Shown here: piece by piece, positions 54,026 through 63,720 of the stretch | Numbering within the stretch: the first letter of the stretch is position 1 | Layout of the letters: every line of letters starts with the position of its first letter | DNA from: Escherichia phage vB_EcoM-E33 | Reading direction: 5' to 3' (one strand) | Length of the DNA stretch: 64,000 bases | Sequence record: OL780484.1 | The notes under the pieces: model-generated | Database searches by the model: none | The model's input: the letters and a program-made list of their open reading frames with translations, nothing else | Told to the model about the DNA's origin: nothing | Translations under genes and position numbers: made by a program

Positions 54026-54696
54026 AAGATATAATTATTGACTTTGAAACCTTTGCCACTACTCAAAATGCAGCGGTTATCGACCTAGCCGTAATTGCTT
54101 ACGACCCTAATCCAGAGGTTGTAGAAACGTTTGAAGAGCTTACTCAACGAGGCCTTCGTATTAAATTTGACCTCGCTTCTCAACGTGATAAACGACTGTT
54201 TTCTAAAAGCACGTTGCAGTGGTGGAAAGAGCAAGGGCCTGAAGCGCGTAAAAACCTGGCTCCATCTGAAATTGATGTGTCCACTTCTATTGGTCTCGGT
54301 AATTTCCTGGAATACTGCCGTAAAAACGAAGTGGACCAATGGAAATCTCAGATGTGGTGCCGTGGAATGTCCTTTGACTTTCCTATCTTAGTAGACCTAA
54401 TCCGTGATGCTTATCGTTCTGAAGGTGTTCCTGAGAATGAAATTGATACCAGTAAATTAGAACCGGTTAAATTCTGGAACCAACGTGACATCCGTACAGC
54501 TATTGAAGCATATTCACTAACTCGTGGATTGAGCATGTGTCCTCTGCCTAACGGAACATTGAATGGCTTTGTTGCTCATGACTCCATCCATGACTGTGCT
54601 AAGGATATCTTGATGCTTAAATATGCCCAACGATACGCCTTGGGTCTGGAAGATGTCCCTGAGAATCCTGACCCATTAAGTATAAAAAATCGATAA
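54022..54696 (+). CDS. dexA: exonuclease A (DnaQ-like 3'-5' exonuclease)
   Basis: 224 aa; Exo I motif IIIDFET; position next to dda. Confidence 0.75.
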   Translation: MKDIIIDFETFATTQNAAVIDLAVIAYDPNPEVVETFEELTQRGLRIKFDLASQRDKRLFSKSTLQWWKEQGPEARKNLAPSEIDVSTSIGLGNFLEYCRKNEVDQWKSQMWCRGMSFDFPILVDLIRDAYRSEGVPENEIDTSKLEPVKFWNQRDIRTAIEAYSLTRGLSMCPLPNGTLNGFVAHDSIHDCAKDILMLKYAQRYALGLEDVPENPDPLSIKNR

Positions 54697-54700
54697 AAGT

Positions 54701-54751
54701 GTTTACTTCTCCTCATGACATGATATTATCTACCCTATCAACATGAGGAGA
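54701..54751 (+). promoter_or_regulatory. early promoter (GTTTAC, TG-n-TATTAT) with 10-bp inverted repeat TCTCCTCATG/CATGAGGAGA covering the SD
   Basis: Arms at 54708-54717 and 54742-54751; differ in sequence from 2301/2334 but keep complementarity. Confidence 0.6.
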
Positions 54752-54756
54752 ACAAA

Positions 54757-55266
54757 ATGAAAATTTATCGAGTGGAGTCATCGTTCAGTATCTTAGATAA
54801 CAGCGATGTTATAGCAATCACTCACCAACAGTGCCGCCAATTAACACCGTATAGAGGCTCGTTTGATGAATGGAGCGAAGGTTGGTTATTAGAAGTAGGT
54901 TTCGACAAACCTAATTTTAGACACCACCATACCAATAATAAAAATATTCCACTACCAGGTCAAGACAAGTTGTTGGTGGAAAATTCTAATAAAACCATTC
55001 GAACTAAGTGGAACCAGCCTGATTATGAAGGCTGTGATGATTATATTCCAGGTTGGTTTGTTAATCTCTACCATTTTGCTTTTGCCAGTGAGTATGATAT
55101 GATGCGCTGGTTCACTCGTGAAGAGCGTGAAGAATTATCTTCTAAAGGATTCTATCTTGCCGTTTACGAAATCCCTGAAGATGAGGTTGTCATTGGTGGC
55201 CACCAAGTAATGTTCCGCAAATCCCATGCTGAACTCGTAGATTTTATTGAATTGAGAACAATATGA
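54757..55266 (+). CDS. hypothetical protein
   Basis: 169-aa ORF. Confidence 0.45.
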   Translation: MKIYRVESSFSILDNSDVIAITHQQCRQLTPYRGSFDEWSEGWLLEVGFDKPNFRHHHTNNKNIPLPGQDKLLVENSNKTIRTKWNQPDYEGCDDYIPGWFVNLYHFAFASEYDMMRWFTREEREELSSKGFYLAVYEIPEDEVVIGGHQVMFRKSHAELVDFIELRTI

Positions 55267-55811
55267 AATTTAATTACAACCCTAAATACACCCCGAATCC
55301 GGCAGCTAAACTGATTGATTTTGATGTTTTAAGCACTTATGTATGCCCTGTTAAACCACTGGAAATTAAGGAACCTGCTATGAATACTCAGACTATCGAA
55401 ATCGGCAAAACCTACAAACTGGTTGAACCTGAAATTAAAACTAAGGCCTTGATTTCTGGCCATAAAACTCTGACTGAGGTTTTTGGCGAAGGCGAATTTA
55501 TTGTTGAAGAATTTACCAAAAGTGACTGGTTTACTAAATCTTACGTCATCCACGGCCGTCGATTAGATAATAACAAAATAGAGAAAATCTTGGTTTATGA
55601 AGATGAGTTCATCCTGTTCCAAGAAGTTGAAGAACAAGAACCTACCGACCTTCTGTGTGCTGCTGTGTCTATCCGTCGTCCTTTTGATAATCCTATCTGT
55701 GGTTGGGTAACAGACCAGTGGGTTGAAGACGGTGTTGAGCTGCTGAACGTTGTACATGCTGGTGATTTTAGCGTAGTACCTCGTAGTGCAGTGGTTAATG
55801 TATTGAATTAG
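55263..55811 (+). CDS. hypothetical protein (paralog A)
   Basis: C-terminal TDQWVEDGVELLNVVHAGDFSVVP shared with the next gene. Confidence 0.45.
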   Translation: MKFNYNPKYTPNPAAKLIDFDVLSTYVCPVKPLEIKEPAMNTQTIEIGKTYKLVEPEIKTKALISGHKTLTEVFGEGEFIVEEFTKSDWFTKSYVIHGRRLDNNKIEKILVYEDEFILFQEVEEQEPTDLLCAAVSIRRPFDNPICGWVTDQWVEDGVELLNVVHAGDFSVVPRSAVVNVLN

Positions 55812-55813
55812 TA

Positions 55814-55849
55814 GTTTACTTTATCGAGAGCCATGTTATAATGGCTCTC
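55814..55849 (+). promoter_or_regulatory. early promoter (GTTTAC ... TATAAT) inside inverted repeat GAGAGCCAT/ATGGCTCTC
   Basis: -35 55814-55819, -10 55837-55842. Confidence 0.5.
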
Positions 55850-55884
55850 ATGGAGAATAAACTTATTAACCAAGAGAGAAAATT

Positions 55885-56436
55885 ATGATTACTATCGGTG
55901 AAATTGTTCGTGTATCCAAAGAATCTCGCTCAAAAGCCGCGGGTCGTTTTGTTGAAGTTGCTGGTATTCGTACTAATTTAGTAGGTGGAATTAAAGAAGT
56001 TAAAGTGCGTATTATTCCTAAAAATGGCCAGACTGAAACTCAATTCGCTTATGTGCATCCTAAATTCCTGGAATCAACTGAATTCACTGGACACATCGCT
56101 CCTGTAGTTGAAGAAGTTGAATCCCATGATGGGTATGTATGTGAAAGCAATGATATCCGTGGCGTAGTAGCTCAAGACGTTGAAACTATTGACCAATCTC
56201 ATGTTGGTGTTGATTTCAAATGGAAATTAGGTAAAGGTGTCTTTTTCGTTTCACCTAAACCGTTTGAATACAATTGCAAGTATGGTCCGACTTATGAAAC
56301 CACTAGTATGTCCGGTTACATCACAGACCAATGGGTTGAAGAAGGTGTTAAGCTGTATAACATCGTGTTCCTTGGCACCTTTAAAGTAGTTCCTGAAAGT
56401 TTTATTGTTGAGTACGCTGATATTCATTTTGCATAA
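55885..56436 (+). CDS. hypothetical protein (paralog B)
   Basis: C-terminal TDQWVEEGVKLYNIVFLGTFKVVP shared with the previous gene. Confidence 0.45.
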   Translation: MITIGEIVRVSKESRSKAAGRFVEVAGIRTNLVGGIKEVKVRIIPKNGQTETQFAYVHPKFLESTEFTGHIAPVVEEVESHDGYVCESNDIRGVVAQDVETIDQSHVGVDFKWKLGKGVFFVSPKPFEYNCKYGPTYETTSMSGYITDQWVEEGVKLYNIVFLGTFKVVPESFIVEYADIHFA

Positions 56437-56448
56437 AGTTTAAAAACA

Positions 56449-56478
56449 GTATACAACAGGGTAGTAGTGTGATACTAT
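56449..56478 (+). promoter_or_regulatory. early promoter (GTATAC ... TGATACTAT)
   Basis: -10 56473-56478. Confidence 0.45.
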
Positions 56479-56508
56479 TACCCTATCAACAAATGAGAGG
56501 AAAATAAA

Positions 56509-56727
56509 ATGGCTAAAGTTACTGTGAACTCGACTCGTGAAGAATTTGAAGATGTTCTGTTCAACCCTGATTTAATCGTGGTTCAAAAGGAACATTCTGA
56601 TACGTTTTCTCATTTATCGTCGGTTTATGTATACGAAAACCAAGGTGATGAAAACCCTATCTATGCGGTGTTCCGTGAAATCACTGCTGAAGGCACCGAC
56701 TTCTGGAAGGAAACTTATAATGCTTAA
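56509..56727 (+). CDS. hypothetical protein
   Basis: 72-aa ORF. Confidence 0.4.
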   Translation: MAKVTVNSTREEFEDVLFNPDLIVVQKEHSDTFSHLSSVYVYENQGDENPIYAVFREITAEGTDFWKETYNA

Positions 56728-57157
56728 TCAAGAACTTGAATTTGAAAAAGGTAAATGGTACTATTTTAAAGATGATGCGGCAGAAGCTGAATTCCGTAAG
56801 CTGAATTCCCATAATATTAGGAATCCTAATAATTCTTCTATAGCAGATATCATTGTCAATTCTGAAGGTTTTTGCCCTGTTAGATTAGCGGCAGGTTATG
56901 TGATGAACGTGGACTTGGCTTATGGTGATAACACTGATATGGTTTTATATCCAAGCGAGCGTAAATTCTTTACGGAAATGGTTGTAGTTGACAGTGAAGA
57001 CGAATGGGCCGAAGATGGTTTCTCTGAAGACGAAGACACGTCTGAAGATGCAGCTCCATTCGAACCGAGTGATTTTCCTTTAACTAAAATCACTATCTCT
57101 AATAATTCTGAAGCCTGGTCAGTTTTCCAGATGTTGAAAGCTCACTTTAAGGAATAA
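56720..57157 (+). CDS. hypothetical acidic protein
   Basis: 145 aa from ATG 56720. Confidence 0.4.
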   Translation: MLNQELEFEKGKWYYFKDDAAEAEFRKLNSHNIRNPNNSSIADIIVNSEGFCPVRLAAGYVMNVDLAYGDNTDMVLYPSERKFFTEMVVVDSEDEWAEDGFSEDEDTSEDAAPFEPSDFPLTKITISNNSEAWSVFQMLKAHFKE

Positions 57158-57158
57158 T

Positions 57159-57335
57159 ATGCCACTTTATGATTACAAATGCCAATCTGAAGACTGTGCA
57201 AAAGAATACGAAAAAATCAAGAAAATCTCTGAAAGAGATAATGATGTTTGTCCTGATTGCCATCGGCTGGCTGTTCGGTTAGTCTCGGCTCCTAAACATG
57301 TTAATGGCGGTTTTTACGACCTGCTGACTAAGTGA
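57159..57335 (+). CDS. small zinc-ribbon protein (58 aa)
   Basis: YKCQSEDC...CPDCH zinc ribbon; not in ORF track. Confidence 0.4.
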   Translation: MPLYDYKCQSEDCAKEYEKIKKISERDNDVCPDCHRLAVRLVSAPKHVNGGFYDLLTK

Positions 57336-57341
57336 GAAATT

Positions 57342-57602
57342 ATGAAATATATTAATCGTTCTATTGCAGCTCTCGTATTAGCAGTTTCTTTGGTTGGATG
57401 TACTGATGCCGATAATGCTACCCGTGTATTGGATGCAAATGGCTACGAACAAATCCAAATCACAGGATACAACCTATTTGGCTGCTCTGAAGATGATTTC
57501 CAACGTACAGGCTTTATTGCTGTGGGTCCGACAGGTAAAAGGGTTGAAGGAACTGTTTGTTCTGGATTATTCTTTAAAAAGTCGACCATTCGATTTGATT
57601 AA
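57342..57602 (+). CDS. putative lipoprotein
   Basis: Signal peptide with lipobox LVGC; 86 aa. Confidence 0.45.
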   Translation: MKYINRSIAALVLAVSLVGCTDADNATRVLDANGYEQIQITGYNLFGCSEDDFQRTGFIAVGPTGKRVEGTVCSGLFFKKSTIRFD

Positions 57603-57618
57603 GGGCTTCGGCCCTTTT
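57603..57618 (+). terminator. rho-independent terminator
   Basis: GGGC-ttcg-GCCC followed by T4. Confidence 0.55.
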
Positions 57619-57619
57619 A

Positions 57620-57644
57620 TGCTTTAAGTGAAATGGGATAATAT
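57620..57644 (+). promoter_or_regulatory. MotA-type middle promoter (TGCTTTA-12-TAATAT) upstream of gene 39
   Basis: Mot box 57620-57626, -10 57639-57644. Confidence 0.45.
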
Positions 57645-57668
57645 TCTCCTACTACATGAGGAAATAAC

Positions 57669-59486
57669 ATGATTAAGAATGAAATTAAAGTACTGTCCGA
57701 CATTGAACATATCAAAAAACGTAGTGGGATGTATATTGGCTCAAGTGCTAATGAAGCTCACGGTCGATTCCTGTTTGGTAATTTTACACAGGTAAACTAT
57801 GTTCCTGGACTGGTTAAATTAATTGATGAAATCATTGATAACTCTGTCGATGAAGCTATTCGTACCAATTTTAAATTCGCAAATAAAATTGATGTTCAAA
57901 TTAAGAATAACCAGGTTTCAGTTTCTGATAATGGTCGTGGTATTCCACAAGCAATGGTCACCGACCAAAATGGTGAACAGATTCCAGGTCCTGTAGCTGC
58001 ATGGACTATTCCAAAGGCAGGTGGTAACTTTGGAGATGACGCTGAGCGTAAGACAGGCGGCATGAATGGTGTCGGTAGTAGTTTAACTAATATCTTCTCT
58101 GTTTTGTTCACAGGCATCACCTCTGATGGTGAGAATGAGATTACTGTTAACTGTTCAAACGGAATGGAAAACAAAGGTTGGTCTACTAAGAAATCTAAAG
58201 GTAAGGGTACTTCGGTTATATTCACCCCAGACTTTAATCATTTCGAAGAAAATAGCCTGTCACAAATTTATCTGGATATTACATTAGACCGATTGCAAAC
58301 TCTGGCCGTAGTTTATCCTGATATTCAATTTACTTTTAATGGTAAAAAAGTAGATGGCAACTTTAAAAAGTATGCTAAGCAATTTGGTGAAGACTTTGTA
58401 ATCCAAGAAACCGATAATGTTTCGATGGCGTTCACTCCTTCTCCGGATGGATTCCGTCAACTGACTTATGTAAACAATATCCACACCAAGAATGGTGGCC
58501 ACCACGTTGAATGTGTATTCGATGATATTTGTGAACACCTTCTGCCAGGCATTAAAAAGAAATACCGTGGAATTGAAGTAACTAAAGCTCGTGTTAAAGA
58601 ATGCCTTACGATGGTGATGTTCATTCGTGATATGAGCAACATGCGTTTTGATTCACAGACTAAAGAACGTTTGACCTCTCCTTTTGGTGAGATTCGCAAT
58701 CATATCCAAATTGATGCTAAAAAAATTGCTCAAGCCATTCTTAAAGTTGATGGGTTGATTATGCCTATCGTTGAAGCTGCTTTAGCACGTAAATTAGCAG
58801 CTGAAAAGGCTGCCGAAACTAAAGCCGCTAAGAAAGCTTCTAAAGCCAAGGTCCATAAGCATATTAAAGCTAACCTATACGGCAAAGATGCTGATACAAC
58901 CCTGTTCCTAACCGAAGGTGATTCCGCTATGGGTCCTTTCATTGAAGTCCGTAATAAAGACCTTCAAGGTGGCTATCCATTACGTGGTAAGGTTATGAAT
59001 ACCTGGGGAATGACAGCAACAGATATCATGAAGAACAAGGAACTATTTGATATCTGTGCAATCACTGGATTGGTTATTGGTGAACCCGCAGAGAAAACCA
59101 ACTATCGTAATATTGCTATTATGACCGATGCCGATGTGGATGGTACTGGTTCGATTTATCCATCATTGCTAGCCTTCTTTAGTCAATGGCCTGAATTGTT
59201 CGAACAAGGCCGAGTACGTTTCTGTAAAACTCCGGTAATTATTGCCCAGGTTGGTAAAGAACAGGAATGGTTCTATGATGTGCCTAGTTATACCAAAGCT
59301 AAGGATTCTCTACCAAAACATTCTATTCGTTATATCAAAGGACTAGGTTCTCTTGAGAAAGCTGAATACCGTCGAATGATTCAAGACCCTAAATTTGATG
59401 TGGTTCAATTACCTGAAGATTGGAAAGAACAGTTCGAAATGCTCCTTGGTAATGACCCTCAACTCCGTAAGGCCTGGATGTCGTAA
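57669..59486 (+). CDS. 39: DNA topoisomerase II large (ATPase) subunit gp39, fused 39/60 size
   Basis: 605 aa; GHKL ATPase N-terminus MIKNEIKVLSDIEHIKKRSGMYIGS matches remembered T4 gp39; TOPRIM-like C-terminus. Confidence 0.9.
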   Translation: MIKNEIKVLSDIEHIKKRSGMYIGSSANEAHGRFLFGNFTQVNYVPGLVKLIDEIIDNSVDEAIRTNFKFANKIDVQIKNNQVSVSDNGRGIPQAMVTDQNGEQIPGPVAAWTIPKAGGNFGDDAERKTGGMNGVGSSLTNIFSVLFTGITSDGENEITVNCSNGMENKGWSTKKSKGKGTSVIFTPDFNHFEENSLSQIYLDITLDRLQTLAVVYPDIQFTFNGKKVDGNFKKYAKQFGEDFVIQETDNVSMAFTPSPDGFRQLTYVNNIHTKNGGHHVECVFDDICEHLLPGIKKKYRGIEVTKARVKECLTMVMFIRDMSNMRFDSQTKERLTSPFGEIRNHIQIDAKKIAQAILKVDGLIMPIVEAALARKLAAEKAAETKAAKKASKAKVHKHIKANLYGKDADTTLFLTEGDSAMGPFIEVRNKDLQGGYPLRGKVMNTWGMTATDIMKNKELFDICAITGLVIGEPAEKTNYRNIAIMTDADVDGTGSIYPSLLAFFSQWPELFEQGRVRFCKTPVIIAQVGKEQEWFYDVPSYTKAKDSLPKHSIRYIKGLGSLEKAEYRRMIQDPKFDVVQLPEDWKEQFEMLLGNDPQLRKAWMS

Positions 59487-59530
59487 TAAATATGTATGGT
59501 ACTAATTGGTGCCATACAAAAGGAGACTTT

Positions 59531-59692
59531 ATGAGAAAGTACTGGGTTACGCTCGTCACCGGTGAATACGGTTATATCTGGACTGATACTAGACCTCAGT
59601 TTGCAGAATACGTGACTATTACAGTCGAGACATGGGACGGCGAAGTTTACCAAACCCGCGGACAAGTCTATAAGGTCGATTCAAGTAACTAA
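59531..59692 (+). CDS. small hypothetical protein
   Basis: 53 aa from ATG 59531 after AAGGAG SD. Confidence 0.35.
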   Translation: MRKYWVTLVTGEYGYIWTDTRPQFAEYVTITVETWDGEVYQTRGQVYKVDSSN

Positions 59693-59700
59693 ACTAATAA

Positions 59701-59718
59701 GGGCCTTCGGGCCCTTTT
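59701..59718 (+). terminator. rho-independent terminator
   Basis: GGGCC-ttcg-GGCCC followed by T4. Confidence 0.6.
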
Positions 59719-59722
59719 CGGG

Positions 59723-59747
59723 GTTTACAAAGACCTGTGGTTATGAT
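59723..59747 (+). promoter_or_regulatory. early promoter (GTTTAC ... TATGAT)
   Basis: -35 59723-59728, -10 59742-59747. Confidence 0.45.
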
Positions 59748-59769
59748 AGGATTATCTAGAGGTGAGAAT

Positions 59770-60093
59770 ATGATTATGCAAGATAACAGTATAGTGAACA
59801 CTGACAATCTAGCTTTATCCTTTATGGAAACGGCCATTCGTAACTGTAAAGATGAAGGAGTAGTGACTACAAGCGGTAAGGGACTTGAATACCTTAAGGC
59901 TGTAAAATCTATTGCCTTAAAGATTAAAGATAACCAGGCGCTCTCTCCTGTGGTCCAGGAAAAGGTTTTAGAGATAATGTATCGCCACAGAGAGCACAAA
60001 AGTACAATGGGTTCTATGAGAAGAATTCTGGCTGAACTAGGTTCTACCAGAGAATATGTTCAACATGAGGTAGTTAAAAATGACAAACTTTAA
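59770..60093 (+). CDS. hypothetical protein (rIIA.1 position)
   Basis: 107 aa from ATG 59770. Confidence 0.4.
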   Translation: MIMQDNSIVNTDNLALSFMETAIRNCKDEGVVTTSGKGLEYLKAVKSIALKIKDNQALSPVVQEKVLEIMYRHREHKSTMGSMRRILAELGSTREYVQHEVVKNDKL

Positions 60094-60283
60094 AGTGAAT
60101 ATTGATTTGTTCGATAAAGCCGTCCATAAAGAATTCCGGTTAATCCAACGATTTTTTGATATCAATGCGGCTGAGGATTTTAAAGAACGCTTTAAAGAAA
60201 TCAGATATAAAATACTCAACGACATCGCTACTAAGGACGAGCTCCTTGAAGTGGCAGACATTTTTAAACGTAACCTGAATTGA
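60080..60283 (+). CDS. hypothetical protein
   Basis: 67-aa ORF. Confidence 0.35.
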   Translation: MTNFKVNIDLFDKAVHKEFRLIQRFFDINAAEDFKERFKEIRYKILNDIATKDELLEVADIFKRNLN

Positions 60284-60290
60284 GAAAAAT

Positions 60291-62501
60291 ATGATTATTG
60301 AAACCGAAAAAGAACAAATCATTGGTAATGGTGCTAAGTCCACAGGCTTTACTATTCAGGCATCGCCTAAGGTCTTTAAAATTTTGTCATCAGACCTTTA
60401 TAGTAATAAAGTACGTGCCGTAGTTCGTGAACTAATTACCAACATGATTGATGCCCATATTCTAAATGGTAATAAAGAACGTTGGAAAGTACAGGTTCCT
60501 GGTAAACTAGACCCTCGCTTTGTATGTCGTGATTTCGGTCCGGGTATGAGTGATTTCCAAATTCGTGGTGATGAAAACGAAACAGGTTTGTATAACTCTT
60601 ATTTCGCGTCGTCCAAAACCGCTTCTAACGATTTCATCGGCGGCTTTGGCCTTGGTTCAAAATCTCCGTTCAGTTATACCGAAACGTTTAATATTACCTC
60701 ATGGCACAATGGCGAAGTTCGCGGTTATGTAGCATATATGGATGGTGATGGCCCGCAGATTAAACCTACTTTCGTAGAACCTATGCAGCCAGGTGATAAA
60801 ACAGGTATCGAAATCACGGTTCCTGTTGATGAAGAAGATTTCCGTAAGTTTGAAACTGAAGTTCGTTATATCATGCGGCCTTTCATTGGTCTTGGTGATG
60901 TAGACGGTGTTGAAGTTGATTATTTCCCTGAATTTGACGATTACCATCCTGTAACCACTACAAATTATGGCAGCTTCGAACGTTCAGGACTTTATGCAGT
61001 TTATGGTGGTATTGTTTATCCATTGGATTCTGCCTATAATAAAGGCACATGGATGCGTACTCGCCATGATGTAGTTTATATTAAGTTCCCTATGGGTTCA
61101 CTGGATATTGCTCCGTCTCGTGAAGTGTTGTCTCTTGATAAACGTACGATGGAAAATATTGCAACCCGTATCGAAGCACTGGATGCAGTGGTCTTTAAAA
61201 ACGATACACAGGAATGGGTTGAATCTGATAATCCACGCCATGTTTATCGTGACCTTTCTAACCTTGGTTACAGTGCTCGTGACTATCTTACCAAAAAAGG
61301 TGGAACTAGCCTGTTTACTACAGAAAAATTGACATATGAGAAATTATACCAGCGTTATACCCTTCAAAACGACCTTATTAATTTAGGTGTGGTTTACGAA
61401 GTCGTTTCAGACCCACGTTTGAAACGAATTAAGTCAAGTGGTAATACTTCTTCGGTAGCAGGACTTAGTAATTTATTAGGCATTAATAAGAAAGAAATCC
61501 ATGTTGTTTATGATGATGAAAAAGGTCGTGTGCCATTAGTTCGAGGTCTTTGGGCTCTGGCAATGGACAACAGTGCTTCGGCTAAGAAAATTGTTAAAGA
61601 GAACAATATTCCTAAATACGGAACTGACCTTATTTTTGTCGACCCAAATTCAATGTTGCAAATGCAACAACTTGAAAAGGTTAAAGAACTTTTTAAAGGT
61701 GACACAATTCATTTTTATAAAGTCTCTGAACTGAATAAAATTGTTAAGCCATGGATTCCGGTTACTGTCCGTTCATCAGAACCGCGTCCTAAAACACCGA
61801 GTGCTTATCGTTGGTTCATTAAAGACGGGCGCTGGCAACAAGAGACCATGTATTTGACTGCTGCCGAAGCAGAAGAAATTACAGGTTATGTTCTGTTTGG
61901 CAGTCGTTCTGATATTATGGGAATGGATGAAGCTTATGGTATCTTTGACATCAATACCACTACCATGTGTCGTATGGCTAATTTGATTGGTGCTACCGAA
62001 TTCCATATCATTCGCCCTCAGATTGCCAAAAAGATTAAAAAGTTAGGCCAATGCGAATGCTTGATGGAAGCTACATTAGAAGCTTATGCTGAAGCCTTAG
62101 ACGCGGTAGATGTTGATGACTACCTTGGTAGCAATACTCGAGCTCGGTATTACCTTGAAATCATTGCTAAGTTCCCTCAGCTTAATTTCATGACCAAGTA
62201 TTTCAGTGATAAGCCGGTGACTGAAGCATATACTCGTCTGAGTAATTTCTATGATATATTCCGTTATATGAATTTCGGCGGATATATCACTGATGATAAG
62301 CTTTCCGTTATCAAGAAAATTTGTAACAATACTTTTTTTAAGTTGACTGATAATGCTTCAAGCAACAATGATAAAATGACTGTACAGTTTGAATCTGATT
62401 ACCATTTAGTTTCAGACTACATGTATCGTCGTGGAACATCCATTACCGAGGCTTCTGTAGCTCAAATTGTTAAATTCATGAAAGCCGTGGAAGCGGCTTA
62501 A
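60291..62501 (+). CDS. rIIA: rIIA protein
   Basis: 736 aa; HATPase-like N-terminus (RELITNMIDA, GGFGLGSKSPF); size and position before rIIB. Confidence 0.8.
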   Translation: MIIETEKEQIIGNGAKSTGFTIQASPKVFKILSSDLYSNKVRAVVRELITNMIDAHILNGNKERWKVQVPGKLDPRFVCRDFGPGMSDFQIRGDENETGLYNSYFASSKTASNDFIGGFGLGSKSPFSYTETFNITSWHNGEVRGYVAYMDGDGPQIKPTFVEPMQPGDKTGIEITVPVDEEDFRKFETEVRYIMRPFIGLGDVDGVEVDYFPEFDDYHPVTTTNYGSFERSGLYAVYGGIVYPLDSAYNKGTWMRTRHDVVYIKFPMGSLDIAPSREVLSLDKRTMENIATRIEALDAVVFKNDTQEWVESDNPRHVYRDLSNLGYSARDYLTKKGGTSLFTTEKLTYEKLYQRYTLQNDLINLGVVYEVVSDPRLKRIKSSGNTSSVAGLSNLLGINKKEIHVVYDDEKGRVPLVRGLWALAMDNSASAKKIVKENNIPKYGTDLIFVDPNSMLQMQQLEKVKELFKGDTIHFYKVSELNKIVKPWIPVTVRSSEPRPKTPSAYRWFIKDGRWQQETMYLTAAEAEEITGYVLFGSRSDIMGMDEAYGIFDINTTTMCRMANLIGATEFHIIRPQIAKKIKKLGQCECLMEATLEAYAEALDAVDVDDYLGSNTRARYYLEIIAKFPQLNFMTKYFSDKPVTEAYTRLSNFYDIFRYMNFGGYITDDKLSVIKKICNNTFFKLTDNASSNNDKMTVQFESDYHLVSDYMYRRGTSITEASVAQIVKFMKAVEAA

Positions 62502-62515
62502 TCTAAGGAAATATT

Positions 62516-63484
62516 ATGTACAATATTAAGTGTTTGACCTCCGCTGAGCAAGTTGAAATCGCTAAGTTATATATTTCTGGTAATTATACTCAGAATGAGT
62601 TGGCTGACTGGTACAGTGTATCAGTTGATACAATCCGTAAAGTCCTGAAAAATGCTAAAGGAGCTGGACAGGCCCAGGTAGTTATTACCGGAAATATCAA
62701 AGTAACAGTTCCTAACGAGCCTCGTGAAGTTCCCGTTGAAGTTACTATTGGCGGCTCTCGCCCTGAAATTATCTGGAACGCGAGTTCTAAATTCGTATCC
62801 ATCACTGAAGGTCGTACAGTATGGAACACCACTAATAAGAACAAACATTTTGATGCCATCGTACAGGCTCTTAAAGAATCTCGTTTCGATGACGCGATTA
62901 AACTGATTTCCATTAAAGAAGCCGTTAAGGCCTTTGTTAAAGGCAACGTTCGTATTGAAGGTGGACGTCTGGTTTACCAAGGCATTGAATTGCGTTCAGG
63001 GTTGATTGACCGTATTATCACTTCAATGGAAAACGGTGAAGACTTCGAATTCTACCTGCCGTTCCTTGAGAACCTGTTAGAAAACCCAAGCGAAAAAGCT
63101 GTACAACGTTTGTTCGACTTCTTGGTGGCAAACGACATCAAAATTACTGAAGATGGTCACTTTATTACGTGGAAGGTGGTTAACTCCGATTACACCGACT
63201 GCCGTACCGGTACGTTTGATAACTCACCAGGCAAACCGGTTAAAATGCCTCGTTCTCGTGTAAATGACGATGATGAAGTAACCTGTTCAAGTGGTCTGCA
63301 CGTTTGCTCTCGTAGTTATATCAGTCATTTTGGTAACTCAAGCTGTAAAGTGGTTTCATGTAAAGTTAACCCACGTGATGTTGTTAGTATTCCGGTCGAT
63401 TACGGTGATGCTAAAATGCGTGTATGTTATTATGAAGTTCTAGAAGACGTCACCGAACAGTTCGCAAACGAATACAAATACTAA
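62516..63484 (+). CDS. rIIB: rIIB protein
   Basis: 322 aa directly downstream of rIIA. Confidence 0.75.
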   Translation: MYNIKCLTSAEQVEIAKLYISGNYTQNELADWYSVSVDTIRKVLKNAKGAGQAQVVITGNIKVTVPNEPREVPVEVTIGGSRPEIIWNASSKFVSITEGRTVWNTTNKNKHFDAIVQALKESRFDDAIKLISIKEAVKAFVKGNVRIEGGRLVYQGIELRSGLIDRIITSMENGEDFEFYLPFLENLLENPSEKAVQRLFDFLVANDIKITEDGHFITWKVVNSDYTDCRTGTFDNSPGKPVKMPRSRVNDDDEVTCSSGLHVCSRSYISHFGNSSCKVVSCKVNPRDVVSIPVDYGDAKMRVCYYEVLEDVTEQFANEYKY

Positions 63485-63493
63485 ATCAATAAC

Positions 63494-63509
63494 GGAGGCT
63501 TCGGCCTCC
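63494..63509 (+). terminator. stem-loop GGAGGC-ttcg-GCCTCC (terminator-like, no T-tract)
   Basis: 6-bp GC-rich stem immediately after rIIB stop. Confidence 0.35.
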
Positions 63510-63521
63510 TAATGAGGAATT

Positions 63522-63719
63522 ATGTTAGGTTACCAAGCACGTGTAGTTGAAGAATACGACCAGTTGGTTCTTAAAATTAACGCACTAGAAACCTTTATTG
63601 AAGGTGGTGTTTTTGAAACTCTTGATATCCGTCAACAAGGGTTACTGATTGCACAACTGGATGCGATGGGCGCTTATGCTCATTGTTTAGAGGTTCGTAT
63701 TTCTTATTTCGGTGAGTAA
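63522..63719 (+). CDS. hypothetical protein
   Basis: 65-aa ORF. Confidence 0.4.
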   Translation: MLGYQARVVEEYDQLVLKINALETFIEGGVFETLDIRQQGLLIAQLDAMGAYAHCLEVRISYFGE

Positions 63720-63720
63720 A

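Noticed and set aside
2294-56478. Repeated about 50-bp promoter units as a possible CRISPR-like array or MITE family
   Set aside because: The copies are irregularly spaced (hundreds to thousands of bp), each precedes a gene start, and they carry -35/-10 hexamers; they are promoters, not CRISPR repeats.
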